Below, one piece after another: positions 53,532 to 63,325 of a stretch of 64,000 bases of DNA (position 1 is the stretch's first letter; each line of letters begins with the position of its first letter). The stretch comes from an uncultured Gemmatimonadales bacterium (GTDB taxonomy: Bacteria > Gemmatimonadota > Gemmatimonadetes > Gemmatimonadales > GWC2-71-9), in NCBI GenBank assembly GCA_963755425.1, contig CAVWJI010000002.1, forward strand, positions 453,244 to 517,243, read 5' to 3'. The translations under genes and the position numbers were made by a program. The notes beneath the pieces were generated by a model, which saw nothing but the letters and a program-made list of their open reading frames with translations, made no database searches and was not told the DNA's origin.

Positions 53532-54776
53532 ATGTTCACCGCGTTGCGGAAGATTTCGCTCACGGGATGGATCATCGTGGCGATGATCGCCGGCGTCCTC
53601 ATCGGCTGGCTCAACCACGCTGTCTGGCCGGCCACGGACATGGCCACCATCCTGGGACCATTCGCCACCATCTTTCTCAGCCTGATCAAGCTGATCGTCG
53701 TTCCGCTGATCTTTTCGGCGCTGGTGGTGGGCATCGCCGGCCACGGCGACGACCTGCAGCAGGTAGGCAAGCTGGCGGTCCGCAGCATCGTCTATTTCGA
53801 AGCGGTCACCACCGTGGCCCTCTTCATCGGCCTTGCCGCCGTCAACCTGGTCAAACCCGGAGTGGGGATCACGCTGGCGGCGACCGCCGACACCGGCCAG
53901 CAGCTGGCGACCACCAGGGTGACGTTCGGCAGCGTGCTGACCCATGTGGTCGGGTCGTCGTTCTTCGATTCGGCGGCGCGGAACGACGTGCTGCAGATCG
54001 TGGTGTTCGCGGTGATCTTCGGCGCCGCCCTGACGCGGGTCCGCGGCAAGCCCAAGGAGACCATGCTGGCGGTCTGCGCGTCGGTGACCGAAGTGATGTT
54101 CCGATTCACCGAGATCGTCATGAAGTTCGCCCCGATCGGCATCGGCGCCGCCATCGCCGTTACCGTCGGGCACAGCGGCATCGGCGTGCTGCGCAACCTC
54201 GGCGCACTGGTGCTGACGTTGTACGGTGCACTGGTGGTGTTCGTCCTGGGCGCGTTGCTTCCCATCGCCCTGATCGCGCGGGTCCCGATCCGGCTGTTCT
54301 GGCACTATGTCAAGGAACCGTACCTGATTGCCTTCTCGACGGCGTCGTCGGAGGCAGCCCTTCCGCTGGCCATGGAGAACGTCGAGAAGCTCGGCGTTCC
54401 CAAGCGGATCGTCGCCTTCGTGCTGCCGGCGGGCTATTCGTTCAACCTCGACGGTTCCACGCTGTATCTGTCGATCGCGTCGGTGTTCGTGGCTCAGGCC
54501 GCCGGGATCCACCTCTCGTTCGGCACCCAGCTGGTGATGATGCTCACGCTGATGCTCACCTCGAAGGGGCTGGCGGGCGTACCGCGCGCCGCCTTCGTGG
54601 TACTTTCCGGCACGCTGGCGTCGTTCGGCCTGCCGCTGCAAGGGGTGGCGGTCATTCTTGGCGTCGACGCCCTGATGGACATGGCTCGGACCTCGGTCAA
54701 CGTGCTCGGCAACTGCCTCGCGTCGGTAGTGATGGCGAGATGGGAAGGAGTGTTCGCACCGACGGAGTCACCATGA
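53532..54776 (+). CDS. Dicarboxylate/amino acid:cation symporter (DAACS family, GltP/DctA-like)
   Basis: GAGGAG upstream of the ATG at 53532. Motifs FSTASSEAALPLAME, LPAGYSFNLDGSTLY and DMARTSVNVLGN. Confidence 0.9.
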   Translation: MFTALRKISLTGWIIVAMIAGVLIGWLNHAVWPATDMATILGPFATIFLSLIKLIVVPLIFSALVVGIAGHGDDLQQVGKLAVRSIVYFEAVTTVALFIGLAAVNLVKPGVGITLAATADTGQQLATTRVTFGSVLTHVVGSSFFDSAARNDVLQIVVFAVIFGAALTRVRGKPKETMLAVCASVTEVMFRFTEIVMKFAPIGIGAAIAVTVGHSGIGVLRNLGALVLTLYGALVVFVLGALLPIALIARVPIRLFWHYVKEPYLIAFSTASSEAALPLAMENVEKLGVPKRIVAFVLPAGYSFNLDGSTLYLSIASVFVAQAAGIHLSFGTQLVMMLTLMLTSKGLAGVPRAAFVVLSGTLASFGLPLQGVAVILGVDALMDMARTSVNVLGNCLASVVMARWEGVFAPTESP

Positions 54777-54832
54777 TCCCGGGACGGATGGCTTTGCGCG
54801 TTTCAACTGGAGCAACCTCGATCGGAGTGGCA

Positions 54833-56158
54833 ATGCCGTCAAGTCCGGTACGGTGCGTGGTGGTGACAACGCTGCTGGCCCTCACTGCCTGCGGGAGCGG
54901 CAGCCCGGTCACCCCGCCGCCTGGTGGTGGCTCTCCTTCGGTGGCCACGGTCACCGTGACCGGTGGCGGCAGCCCGCTGCAGCCGGGACAGAAGCAGCAA
55001 CTTTCGGCCGTGTTGCGCGACTCGGCCGGCAACACGCTCACTGGGCACACGGTGACGTGGGCCAGCGGCACGGTAGCCGTGGCCACTGTCTCGGCCGGCG
55101 GCCTGGTGACAGCGGTGGCTCCGGGCACCGCGTCGATCAGCGCCACCAGTGAAGGCATCAGCGCGAGCGTCACGGTCACCGTGATCAATCCCGACAATCT
55201 GCCCGGCAGTCTGATCGAGCAGCGGGTGCTGGCCCAGCAGGGCCTGGCGGTTGCACTGGCGTCGACGGTGCTGTGGAGCCAGATCTGGACCCTGATCGAT
55301 GTCGACGGCGGGGCCGGCGGCGGCGGGTCGTGCCAGGCGCTGGACGGCGGCGGCAGCCATCGCTTGCTCACGGCGTCCGGCGTACTCCCCGCCGACGTGG
55401 GCCTCTACTTCGACGCCTTGTGCACCAAGCCATACATGATGGAGCACGTTACCAGATTCGAGAACCCGTCCGCCGGCCTCTATCACCTGGTGGCGAGTGC
55501 GGCGTACACGGGGCCCACCGGCACGGCGCTGGGATCCATCGCCTTCGACGAGAACGCCGACTTCAATTTCGGCGCGAACGCATTGGTCGGTACGGTCAAC
55601 GGGCTCGGCACCTATACGTCGCCGAGCGGTGCTCCCAGCGTTCACCTCGGACTCGATTGCAACTTTGGAGACCCGGCGGCGACCGTCGCGGTATGCCAGG
55701 GCGGTATTGCCCAGGATTTTGCCGCCGTGGGAGAGGCGCTCGGATCGGTGACCACGCTGACGCTCGACAGCACCGCGACGGAGGGCGTCACGTTCACCGG
55801 GCCGTCACTGCTCACCAGTGGCGCGCCGGGGTCGCTCACGCTCACCGCCCCCGCGACGCTGTCGCTGGTGGTATCGGGAGGCTCGGCCTATGGCATGGCC
55901 ACGGCCAGCGGGGCGGCCGCAACGTTCTCCCTCTTCCCGCCCCCACCCACGGGTTGGAGCGTAGCGGACAGCACCAACGACCAGAAGTTCTCGATCAGCG
56001 TCGTCGACAATGCTGTTCGCAACCTGACCGGCACCGTCACCCGGATCAGCACCGGCGCCACGTTGGCCACGCTGGCGCTCGACCAGTCGGGAACCGGTAC
56101 CATCACCTACTCCGACGGTCTGGTTGCCGCGGTAACCAGCTGGATGCTGAGCCAGTAG
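54833..56158 (+). CDS. Lipoprotein with a Big_2 (bacterial Ig-like) domain and an unassigned ~330-aa C-terminal region
   Basis: Lipobox LLALTAC. Big_2 pattern VTVTGGGSPLQPGQKQQLSAVLRDSAGNTL..VTWASG..VATVSAGGLVTAVAPGTASISA. An alternative upstream ATG at 54773 overlaps the symporter stop (ATGA). Confidence 0.7.
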   Translation: MPSSPVRCVVVTTLLALTACGSGSPVTPPPGGGSPSVATVTVTGGGSPLQPGQKQQLSAVLRDSAGNTLTGHTVTWASGTVAVATVSAGGLVTAVAPGTASISATSEGISASVTVTVINPDNLPGSLIEQRVLAQQGLAVALASTVLWSQIWTLIDVDGGAGGGGSCQALDGGGSHRLLTASGVLPADVGLYFDALCTKPYMMEHVTRFENPSAGLYHLVASAAYTGPTGTALGSIAFDENADFNFGANALVGTVNGLGTYTSPSGAPSVHLGLDCNFGDPAATVAVCQGGIAQDFAAVGEALGSVTTLTLDSTATEGVTFTGPSLLTSGAPGSLTLTAPATLSLVVSGGSAYGMATASGAAATFSLFPPPPTGWSVADSTNDQKFSISVVDNAVRNLTGTVTRISTGATLATLALDQSGTGTITYSDGLVAAVTSWMLSQ

Positions 56159-56217
56159 CCGTCGATCGTTGGCGCGTCGGGACTGTGACGAACGCCGGTC
56201 CCGGATAGTATTGACGG

Positions 56218-58521
56218 ATGCGCGCACGCCATTTCCTGTTCGCCACGACGTTGACTTGCGTGGCCGCGCCACTGCCGGCGCAGGACGTGCTCCTCTCCGC
56301 CGACTCGGCGATGCTCGCCGGGCAGCCGTGGCACGCCTCGCAGATTCTGGCGCCGGCGCTCTCCGCGGCGGTCACACGCACGCCCGATGCGGTGATGCTT
56401 GCCGCCCGGGCGGCCGCCGCGTGGCGGGGTTGGACGACCGTGGAGCACCTCCTCGACCATCAGCCCTGGCTCGATTTACGGTTCGACCGGCTGGGCGAAC
56501 GATTGCTGGCGCAGGCCGCACTGGCCGACGGGCGCAACCTCGACGCGCTGGCCCACTCGCTGGCCGCGGTGGCCCAGCCGTCGGGCCGATCCGCCGCCGA
56601 ACAGGCCCTGCGGCTGGTGTTGCTGGCGCGATCGTACGATCGGCTGGAGCAGCTCGATTCCGCCGCGGCGCTCTACGGCCAGGCCGCCGGATTCCTGCCC
56701 GACATTGCCGATTGGCTCTGGCTGCGCGCCGCGGGCGTCACCGCCGATTCCGTGGCGCGCCAGGCGCTCTACCGGCGCGTCGCGGATCCGGCGGCGATGG
56801 CGCGCATCCCGTGGACCGAGGCACTGGCACGCGACCGGATCAACGACTACGCCGGCGCGGCGGCGCGCTACGACCGGCTCGGCGCGTGGGCGGCAGCGAT
56901 CCGGGTGCGCTGGCGCGGCGATACGTCGCCCACCGCCCGCCGCAAGCTGTCGGCCGAGCTGGCACGGCGCGTCGGCGCGAACACGTCGGTCAGCGTGTCG
57001 CAGGACGCGCTCGACCTGATCGACCGGATCGATCCGCCGTTCACCCGCGATGAACGCCTGATCGTGGCGCGGCGCGCGGCGGCCGTCAACCGCGCCGCTG
57101 ACGCGGTTGCACAGTATGCGCAGGCGTCGCTCGCAGCCCCGCTCGCCGACGCCGATCGCTACCGTTACGGTACCGCCCTCGGCGATCTCGGCAAGTGGAC
57201 CGATGCCGCGACGCAGTTCGAAGCGATCCACCACGCTTCACTTGCCGCTGCCGCCGCGTATGCCCACGCGCGCGCACGGCTCCGCGCCGGCCAGAAGGAG
57301 CCGGCAACGACCGAACTCCGTCGCATCGTGCAGCGCTACCGCAGCAATACCTCGGTGGCATCGACGGCGCTCTATCTGCTCGGTGATCTTGCCATCGACG
57401 CGTCGAACACGGCCGCGGCGCGATCGTATTTCCTGACGCTTGCCGATCGTTATCCCGGGAGCAGCCAGCGTGATCATGCGCTGGTGCTGGCGGCGTTGAT
57501 CTCGCTCGAACACGGCAGGCCGTCGATGGCCGCCGCCGATCTGGCGCGCGGCATGAGACGCCACCCGGGGAAGGGAATCGACGGCGAAGCGGTGAGGTAT
57601 TGGCTGGCGCGGGCTCGCGATGCGGCCGGACAGCACACCTCGGCGCGCGCGGATTATCTCTCGCTGCTCGACGCCGGTCCCGAGGACTACTACGCCGAAC
57701 TCGCCGCGGCGCGGCTCGACACCGTTCCGTGGCATCCTGTTGCCGCCGACACCATCACCATGCCGGAGCCGTTGTCGGGGTTCTTCGCGCGTATCGGGCG
57801 TCTCGATGCCCTCGGCCTCGACGCCGAAGCACAGTTCGAACGGGAACACCTGCTGGCGGGCGCGCACCACGCCGCCGATGCGCTCCGGGCCGCCGAGGCA
57901 TTCAGCGCCGCCCACAGCCCGACGATTGCCGCCCGGATGGCGTCCCGCGCCGTGGCGGCCGGCGCCCCGCGCGATGCGATTGCCTGGCGTCTGCTCTACC
58001 CGCTGCCGTTCGGATCGTCGCTGACCGGCGACGCGCTGCGGGAACACGTCGACCCGCTGCTGGCGGCCGCGGTGATCCGTCGCGAATCCGGATTCGATCC
58101 CGATGCCACGTCGCGCACCGGAGCCCGCGGTCTGATGCAGATCGAGCCCGCCACTGGCCGCGATCTGGCGTTCGTGCTGAATTTTCCCGATTTCGATCCG
58201 GCGATGCTCTGGATTCCGGACGTCAACCTGGCGCTCGGCCTGCACCACTTTGCCCAGGCGATGGCGCGCTATCCCGACATGGAGCGCGCCCTGGCGTCGT
58301 ACAACGCCGGCACCACGCCCGTGGACCAATGGAGCCGCGCCCCGCTGAGCGGCAAGGCGCGCGCCGAATCGGCAGCGCGCGCGCCGCTGGCCGACCCCGA
58401 AGTCTTTGTCGAACGCATGGCGTACGCAGAGACCCGTACGTATGTCCGCACCATCATGGCCAACCTGGCCGTGTACCGGATGTTGTACCGCGTACCGGAG
58501 CCGGCGGCGCCGGGCCGGTAG
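56218..58521 (+). CDS. slt: Soluble lytic murein transglycosylase (Slt70-like)
   Basis: Intact 767 aa with a signal peptide and a long superhelical N-domain. The C-terminal lysozyme-like domain carries VIRRESGFDPDATSRTGARGLMQI and ALASYNAG. Confidence 0.85.
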   Translation: MRARHFLFATTLTCVAAPLPAQDVLLSADSAMLAGQPWHASQILAPALSAAVTRTPDAVMLAARAAAAWRGWTTVEHLLDHQPWLDLRFDRLGERLLAQAALADGRNLDALAHSLAAVAQPSGRSAAEQALRLVLLARSYDRLEQLDSAAALYGQAAGFLPDIADWLWLRAAGVTADSVARQALYRRVADPAAMARIPWTEALARDRINDYAGAAARYDRLGAWAAAIRVRWRGDTSPTARRKLSAELARRVGANTSVSVSQDALDLIDRIDPPFTRDERLIVARRAAAVNRAADAVAQYAQASLAAPLADADRYRYGTALGDLGKWTDAATQFEAIHHASLAAAAAYAHARARLRAGQKEPATTELRRIVQRYRSNTSVASTALYLLGDLAIDASNTAAARSYFLTLADRYPGSSQRDHALVLAALISLEHGRPSMAAADLARGMRRHPGKGIDGEAVRYWLARARDAAGQHTSARADYLSLLDAGPEDYYAELAAARLDTVPWHPVAADTITMPEPLSGFFARIGRLDALGLDAEAQFEREHLLAGAHHAADALRAAEAFSAAHSPTIAARMASRAVAAGAPRDAIAWRLLYPLPFGSSLTGDALREHVDPLLAAAVIRRESGFDPDATSRTGARGLMQIEPATGRDLAFVLNFPDFDPAMLWIPDVNLALGLHHFAQAMARYPDMERALASYNAGTTPVDQWSRAPLSGKARAESAARAPLADPEVFVERMAYAETRTYVRTIMANLAVYRMLYRVPEPAAPGR

Positions 58522-58582
58522 CACTACCCACCGCTGCGGGCTCCGACCCGCCCGAGGCATCGTTCTTGCCCCCTTTCGGGGC

Positions 58583-60151
58583 ATGTCCGCCCAGCTGCTG
58601 GCCCTGGCACAGACCGCCTCGGCCCTCCGCCAACCGCGCAAGACACGCCACACGGCCGTGCCCTCGGCCCCCGCGCCGGGTCGAGCGGCGTCCCGGCAGG
58701 AAGGCTGGCCGGCACTGGCCCTGCCCCGGACCTCGACCGTGCCCCCGGCCTCGCGGCAGCCATACGCCGGAATTCGCCTCATCGACGTCATCGGAGCCCT
58801 GTCGCGCGCACTCGACATGGCCGAAGGGCAGCCGGTGGGGCATTCGATCCGCACCGCCATGATCGGGATGCGGATCGGCGCCGTCGTGGGACTCGAGGAA
58901 GAAGATCGCGGCGACCTCTTCTTCGCGCTGCTGTTGAAGGACCTGGGGAGTTCTGCCAACGCCGCGTTGCTCACCGGCTCCCGGGGTGGCGACGACCTGC
59001 TGATCAAGGCGGCACGCCGGCTGGCCGATGGAAACGACCACTCGTTCGTGTCTGCCGCACTGCGACCGACGTCCGGGGAGCGGTCCCGGTGGCGGCAGGC
59101 ATGGGCGGCGCTGCGAGAGATGATCACGCACCACGAAACAGAGCGGAAGGCGGCGGCGCTTCGCGCCGACAAGGGTGCGTCGATCGCCGCCATGCTGGCC
59201 ATGCCGCGATCCACCTGCGGCGCGATCGCCGCCATCGACGAGCACTGGGACGGCAACGGTTTGCCGCACGGGCTGCGGGGAGATGCGATTCCGCTCCTGG
59301 CGCGGATCGTCAGCATCGCCCAGTGCGCCGAAGTGTTCGAACGCGCCTTCGACGTGGGGACGGCGTTTTCGGTGATCCACCGGCGCGCGGGACAATGGTT
59401 CGACCCCGAACTGGTGGCGGCACTCGACACGATGGCTGACGACAATGGCTTCTGGTCTGAGCTGCGTCACGCCGATGCGCTGTCGGCGCTACGCCGCTAT
59501 GACCCGCCGACCCGAGTGGTGTACGCCAACGAACTCCGGCTCGACACCGTGGCCGAAGCGTTTGCCAAGGTGATCGACGCCAAGAGCCCATTCACCGCCC
59601 GGCATTCACACAACGTTTCGTTCCTCGCCACCCGGACGGCCATGGAACTCGACATGCCGCGCCACAAGGTCCGCGCGCTGCGCCGGGCCGCGTTGCTGCA
59701 CGACATCGGCAAGCTCGGTGTCGCCAACCGGATTCTCGACAAGACCTCGCCGCTCACGTCGCCGGAACGGCTCCAGATGGAACGACACACTCGCTTCACG
59801 TTCGAGGTGCTTCGCGACGTGCCACGCTTTGCCCGCTTCGCGATGCTCGCGGCCTCGCACCATGAACGGCTGGATGGCAGCGGCTATCACCTCGGACTGC
59901 GGGACGCCGAACTCTCGTTGCCGGCGCGCGTGCTCGCCGCCGCCGACGTCTGCGAAGCGCTGTCGGCGGCACGTCCCTATCGTGCCGCGATGCCCTTGGA
60001 CGGGGTGTTCCGGAACATGAAGGACGCCACGGCGGCCGGCCTCCTCTGTCCAGTGGCGGTGGGCGCATTGATCGGCTGGTTCGAGGGACTTCCGGATCAC
60101 CCGGTCACATTGCCTTCGGACGAGGACTCGACCTCCCTGTTCGGGATCTGA
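58583..60151 (+). CDS. Tandem HD-GYP-type phosphohydrolase (degenerate N-terminal domain plus near-canonical C-terminal domain)
   Basis: Domain 1: GHSIRTA..ALLLKDLGS (KD in place of HD) and DEHWDGNGLPHGL (GLP in place of GYP). Domain 2: ARHSHNV..AALLHDIGKL..SHHERLDGSGYHLGL. Start taken at MSAQLL (58583). Confidence 0.75.
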   Translation: MSAQLLALAQTASALRQPRKTRHTAVPSAPAPGRAASRQEGWPALALPRTSTVPPASRQPYAGIRLIDVIGALSRALDMAEGQPVGHSIRTAMIGMRIGAVVGLEEEDRGDLFFALLLKDLGSSANAALLTGSRGGDDLLIKAARRLADGNDHSFVSAALRPTSGERSRWRQAWAALREMITHHETERKAAALRADKGASIAAMLAMPRSTCGAIAAIDEHWDGNGLPHGLRGDAIPLLARIVSIAQCAEVFERAFDVGTAFSVIHRRAGQWFDPELVAALDTMADDNGFWSELRHADALSALRRYDPPTRVVYANELRLDTVAEAFAKVIDAKSPFTARHSHNVSFLATRTAMELDMPRHKVRALRRAALLHDIGKLGVANRILDKTSPLTSPERLQMERHTRFTFEVLRDVPRFARFAMLAASHHERLDGSGYHLGLRDAELSLPARVLAAADVCEALSAARPYRAAMPLDGVFRNMKDATAAGLLCPVAVGALIGWFEGLPDHPVTLPSDEDSTSLFGI

Positions 60152-60205
60152 TCGCGACAGCCCGCCGCGGCGCCCTGCCGCCGGCGCCGGATCATCGCGC
60201 CGCTG

Positions 60206-61141
60206 TCACGCCGTGTGGTCCACCGAGTCGAACCCGGCACGTTCGGCCGCCACGGTGCATACCGTTTCGGCGCTCAACCCGGCCTCGCGCATCGCCCGTA
60301 CCGTCTCGCTCAGGTCGCGCTTGCTCAGCTTGCGGCCATCGGGCGCGAGGAGGAGCGGATGATGCAGCGTCACCAGCGGTGTCGTGCGACCGAGCAGGGC
60401 CGCAAGGTGGAGTTGTCGGCCGGTTGACGCGAGCAGGTCTTCGCCACGGATGACGAGGTTGACGCCGTGGCGGATGTCGTCGACCACCACACATAGCTGG
60501 TAACTCCACTGGCCGAGTGCATCGCGGATCACCGGGTCGCCCTGAGTGCGGGCCGGCTGCTGGTGTTGCGGCCCGAGGCGCAGGTCGTCGAACCGCACCG
60601 TCCGGTCGGGAAGTTCGACCCGCACCACGCGACGGCCGCGGCCGGACAGCGGCTGACCGCGGCAGGTTCCTGGATAGCGCCGTTCACCGGCTTCGTCCAC
60701 CGGACCGAGATCGCCGCGGGTGCAGCTGCAGCCGTAGACGGCGGTCGCGGCGGCGAGACGGTCGAATGCGTCAGTGTAGACCTCCGGGGTGTCGCTCTGA
60801 CGGTACGACGACGGATGTGTGCCGAGCGATCGGCGCGATACGGGATCGGCGTCGAATCCGAGCCACTCCAGGTCGAACAGAATCGCCTGTTCGAACGCCG
60901 GGTCGGACCGGGTGCGGTCGTGATCCTCCATCCGGATGATGATCGTGGCATCGATGGCCCGGGCGATGGTCCAGACCCAGAGCATGTGCACCACGTGACC
61001 GAGGTGGAGTTCGCCGGTGGGCGACGGGGCAAAGCGGGTAACGGCCGGTGCCGTTCCGTCACGGAGCAGGTGCCACCGCTCGGCCGCGTCGCGGACGGCG
61101 GGGGATTGACGGAGCGAGTCGGCGATGTCGGTGCCGATCAT
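60206..61141 (-). CDS. gluQ: Glutamyl-Q tRNA(Asp) synthetase (truncated GluRS paralogue)
   Basis: Intact 311 aa. Motifs RFAPSPTGELHLGHV (HIGH-like), VVDD and KLSKR (KMSKS-like). No anticodon-binding domain. Confidence 0.88.
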   Translation of the reverse strand: MIGTDIADSLRQSPAVRDAAERWHLLRDGTAPAVTRFAPSPTGELHLGHVVHMLWVWTIARAIDATIIIRMEDHDRTRSDPAFEQAILFDLEWLGFDADPVSRRSLGTHPSSYRQSDTPEVYTDAFDRLAAATAVYGCSCTRGDLGPVDEAGERRYPGTCRGQPLSGRGRRVVRVELPDRTVRFDDLRLGPQHQQPARTQGDPVIRDALGQWSYQLCVVVDDIRHGVNLVIRGEDLLASTGRQLHLAALLGRTTPLVTLHHPLLLAPDGRKLSKRDLSETVRAMREAGLSAETVCTVAAERAGFDSVDHTA

Positions 61142-61178
61142 GTGATCACGGAGTCGACGTGGCGTGCATCGCGAAATG

Positions 61179-62222
61179 CTAATCCGGCAACACGCCCGGG
61201 AGGAGGTAGAGCTGCCCGCCCTGCACCACCACCACGTCGCCGGCGGTGGGCGACACCGCCACCGCCGTCGGCAGGGCCGCCAGGGGCGCTAGGCCGGTAA
61301 AGCTCCACCGGACAGTGAGCGCGCCGGTGGCGAGGTCAAGTTCCCAGAGCGTGGCGCCCATGTGGGCCTTGGTACCGGGGATCGCCGGGATCAGTTCAGT
61401 GCTGATGACCGCGCAGCGGGCTCCACCGCAGGAGAGGTCGACGATCCGGCGATCGGTGGTGTCGGGCAGCGTGGCGATCACCGTCGGCGCGCCCGGCGCG
61501 TCGAAGCTCTCCGCCCACACGTGGAGTGACGCACTGTCGCTGAACACCACGGTGTGGCCGCCGTTGGCGAAGCCGAAGTGGGCCTTGCCCGCGGTGCCGG
61601 GGAGCGGACCGGTGAGGGTGGCCGAGTCGACGATCACGCCGCGGTAGACGCCCAACGTGGTGAAGGTGCCGTTGGGATTGAGGTTCTGGCCCACCGCGAC
61701 AAACGTGTCGGGGCCGGCCCAGCTGGCTCGGAGCAGCCAATTGACCGTGCTGGAGCTCACGGTCGGTGTTCCGAGCTTGTCGTGATAAAGGGTCAACATC
61801 TGCCTGCGAAGCGTCCACGGGCGACCGGTATCTGCGAGCCAATATTCCGCGTGCCAATTGACTGGGAACGGAAGCACATGATCCGGATTGACCGGCTCGT
61901 TGATCTGCACCAATATGCCGCCGGCCGCGTCAATCGCCGGAGCGGAGAATCCACCGCCACCGAAGTTCCAAGTGGCACTCCCTCCACCTGCGGGCAGCAC
62001 GGCGAGTTCGGGCAGGTAGATGATCCCGCGTCCGTCGGTGGACCAGTAGGCCGACGATGCCACGAGTACCGTCAATTGGCCTTCTCCGGCGATCTCGCGA
62101 AACGGCCCGACCGCGCCGTACGCCCCAGTGACGAACGGCGCGGTGTGGCTGCAGGCCGTTACCCAGAGTATCGGCAATAGCGTCGCAACGACGCTCACGG
62201 GAGAGTGCCGAGCGGCGCTCAA
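61179..62222 (-). CDS. Putative lipoprotein of unknown function
   Basis: The TTG at 62222 overlaps the upstream stop (TTGA). Lipobox LWVTAC. Strand-rich sequence. G+C looks lower than the window average. Confidence 0.55.
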   Translation of the reverse strand: MSAARHSPVSVVATLLPILWVTACSHTAPFVTGAYGAVGPFREIAGEGQLTVLVASSAYWSTDGRGIIYLPELAVLPAGGGSATWNFGGGGFSAPAIDAAGGILVQINEPVNPDHVLPFPVNWHAEYWLADTGRPWTLRRQMLTLYHDKLGTPTVSSSTVNWLLRASWAGPDTFVAVGQNLNPNGTFTTLGVYRGVIVDSATLTGPLPGTAGKAHFGFANGGHTVVFSDSASLHVWAESFDAPGAPTVIATLPDTTDRRIVDLSCGGARCAVISTELIPAIPGTKAHMGATLWELDLATGALTVRWSFTGLAPLAALPTAVAVSPTAGDVVVVQGGQLYLLPGVLPD

Positions 62223-62770
62223 TGAGGGTGAGTATAGATCCGGAACGGATGCGTTCCCTGACCCGCCCCTGCGTTCATGATTAGAGTGCCCGTCCCCGTC
62301 CATGTTGTGTCGACCGTAAGATACCAACCCGTTACCTCCGTCGATTCGTCGGGATCAAGCGTAATCGGGTTCGGATCCTCGTAGTACCCGGCGATCCCGC
62401 AGCTGCTGGGGATTGTGCCATTGGCAATCGCTTCGGTTGCAACCGTTACAGCCGTGTCGTCCGGGTTCGGCCCAACGTGCCATGCGATCCAGATCGTGTC
62501 GGACACCCTTCGATTCGCGTGAGCCGTGTCGATCAAGAAATTGGTCGCCAAGACCGAATCACCTGTGTCGTGAACGCTGTCGCCATAAGCCGAATCAAAC
62601 CGGATCGGCAGATCCGGCGGATTGCACCCGCCAAGACCGCACGGCGGATCGACATTCGCTTTCGAGTTGTGGAGCAACTCCGTCGCCGGGTTGCTCTGGC
62701 AGGCCGCGACGATCGCGACCGCCAGCAACGCCCCGAACGCCACAGCACGGGAACGCAGGATGCGGTACAT
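62219..62770 (-). CDS. Putative lipoprotein of unknown function
   Basis: ATG at 62770 with GGAGG upstream. Signal peptide and lipobox MYRILRSRAVAFGALLAVAIVAAC. G+C is clearly lower than the surroundings. Confidence 0.6.
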   Translation of the reverse strand: MYRILRSRAVAFGALLAVAIVAACQSNPATELLHNSKANVDPPCGLGGCNPPDLPIRFDSAYGDSVHDTGDSVLATNFLIDTAHANRRVSDTIWIAWHVGPNPDDTAVTVATEAIANGTIPSSCGIAGYYEDPNPITLDPDESTEVTGWYLTVDTTWTGTGTLIMNAGAGQGTHPFRIYTHPH

Positions 62771-62866
62771 GGTGCCTCCGGATGAATTGGGTATCCGCAC
62801 CGCCGCAGCGGCAAATGCCACCGGCCGGCGCGGTGCTCCAATCCTGCGCTTCGGTCGCCATGTATG

Positions 62867-63202
62867 CTATTCCTTCCGGGGTATACCCGCCGAGGTACCC
62901 GCACCGCCGTTCCCTGAGTCGCTCCGCAGGTCCGCCACCAGCAGCACCAGGTCGGTGATGTCGGCCAGGCCGGGCTCCTGGTACACCCGCCGCATGCGGC
63001 CGTGCACCGCCGCGAGCGAAATTCCCAGCCTCCGGGCCGTCTCCGCCTCGTCGCACCCGATACCTCGCAACACCGCCGCCTCGGCGAGCTTCATGGTGAG
63101 GCCCCGGCCCTCCGTCAGCTCGCTCGCCAGCACGCGCAACTCGGGGTCGTCCACCCGCTTCCTGACAACAACCCGCCGAACCTGCCTGATCCGCCTCGTC
63201 AC
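62867..63202 (-). CDS. Small LuxR/GerE-family HTH regulator
   Basis: LTMKLAEAAVLRGIGCDEAETARRLGISLAAVHGRMRRVYQ matches the LuxR_C HTH pattern. 111 aa. Confidence 0.7.
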   Translation of the reverse strand: MTRRIRQVRRVVVRKRVDDPELRVLASELTEGRGLTMKLAEAAVLRGIGCDEAETARRLGISLAAVHGRMRRVYQEPGLADITDLVLLVADLRSDSGNGGAGTSAGIPRKE

Positions 63203-63270
63203 AGCCCCTCCGTCCGCCGAACCGCCGGCCCATCCCAGGATTGGCTACGGTCCCGGCCAGATCGGGCCAG

Positions 63271-63325
63271 GTCGGGTCGGGTCGGGTCGGGTCGGGTCGG
63301 GTCGGGTCGGGTCGGGTCGGGTCGC
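63271..63325 (+). repeat. Pentanucleotide microsatellite (GTCGG)10 plus GTCGC, giving GGG tracts separated by TC
   Basis: Counted directly and cross-checked against the SGRVG x3 periodicity in ORF 63002..63421. It lies 69-123 nt upstream of the LuxR start codon, in the 258-bp spacer after the S9 peptidase stop. Confidence 0.95.
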
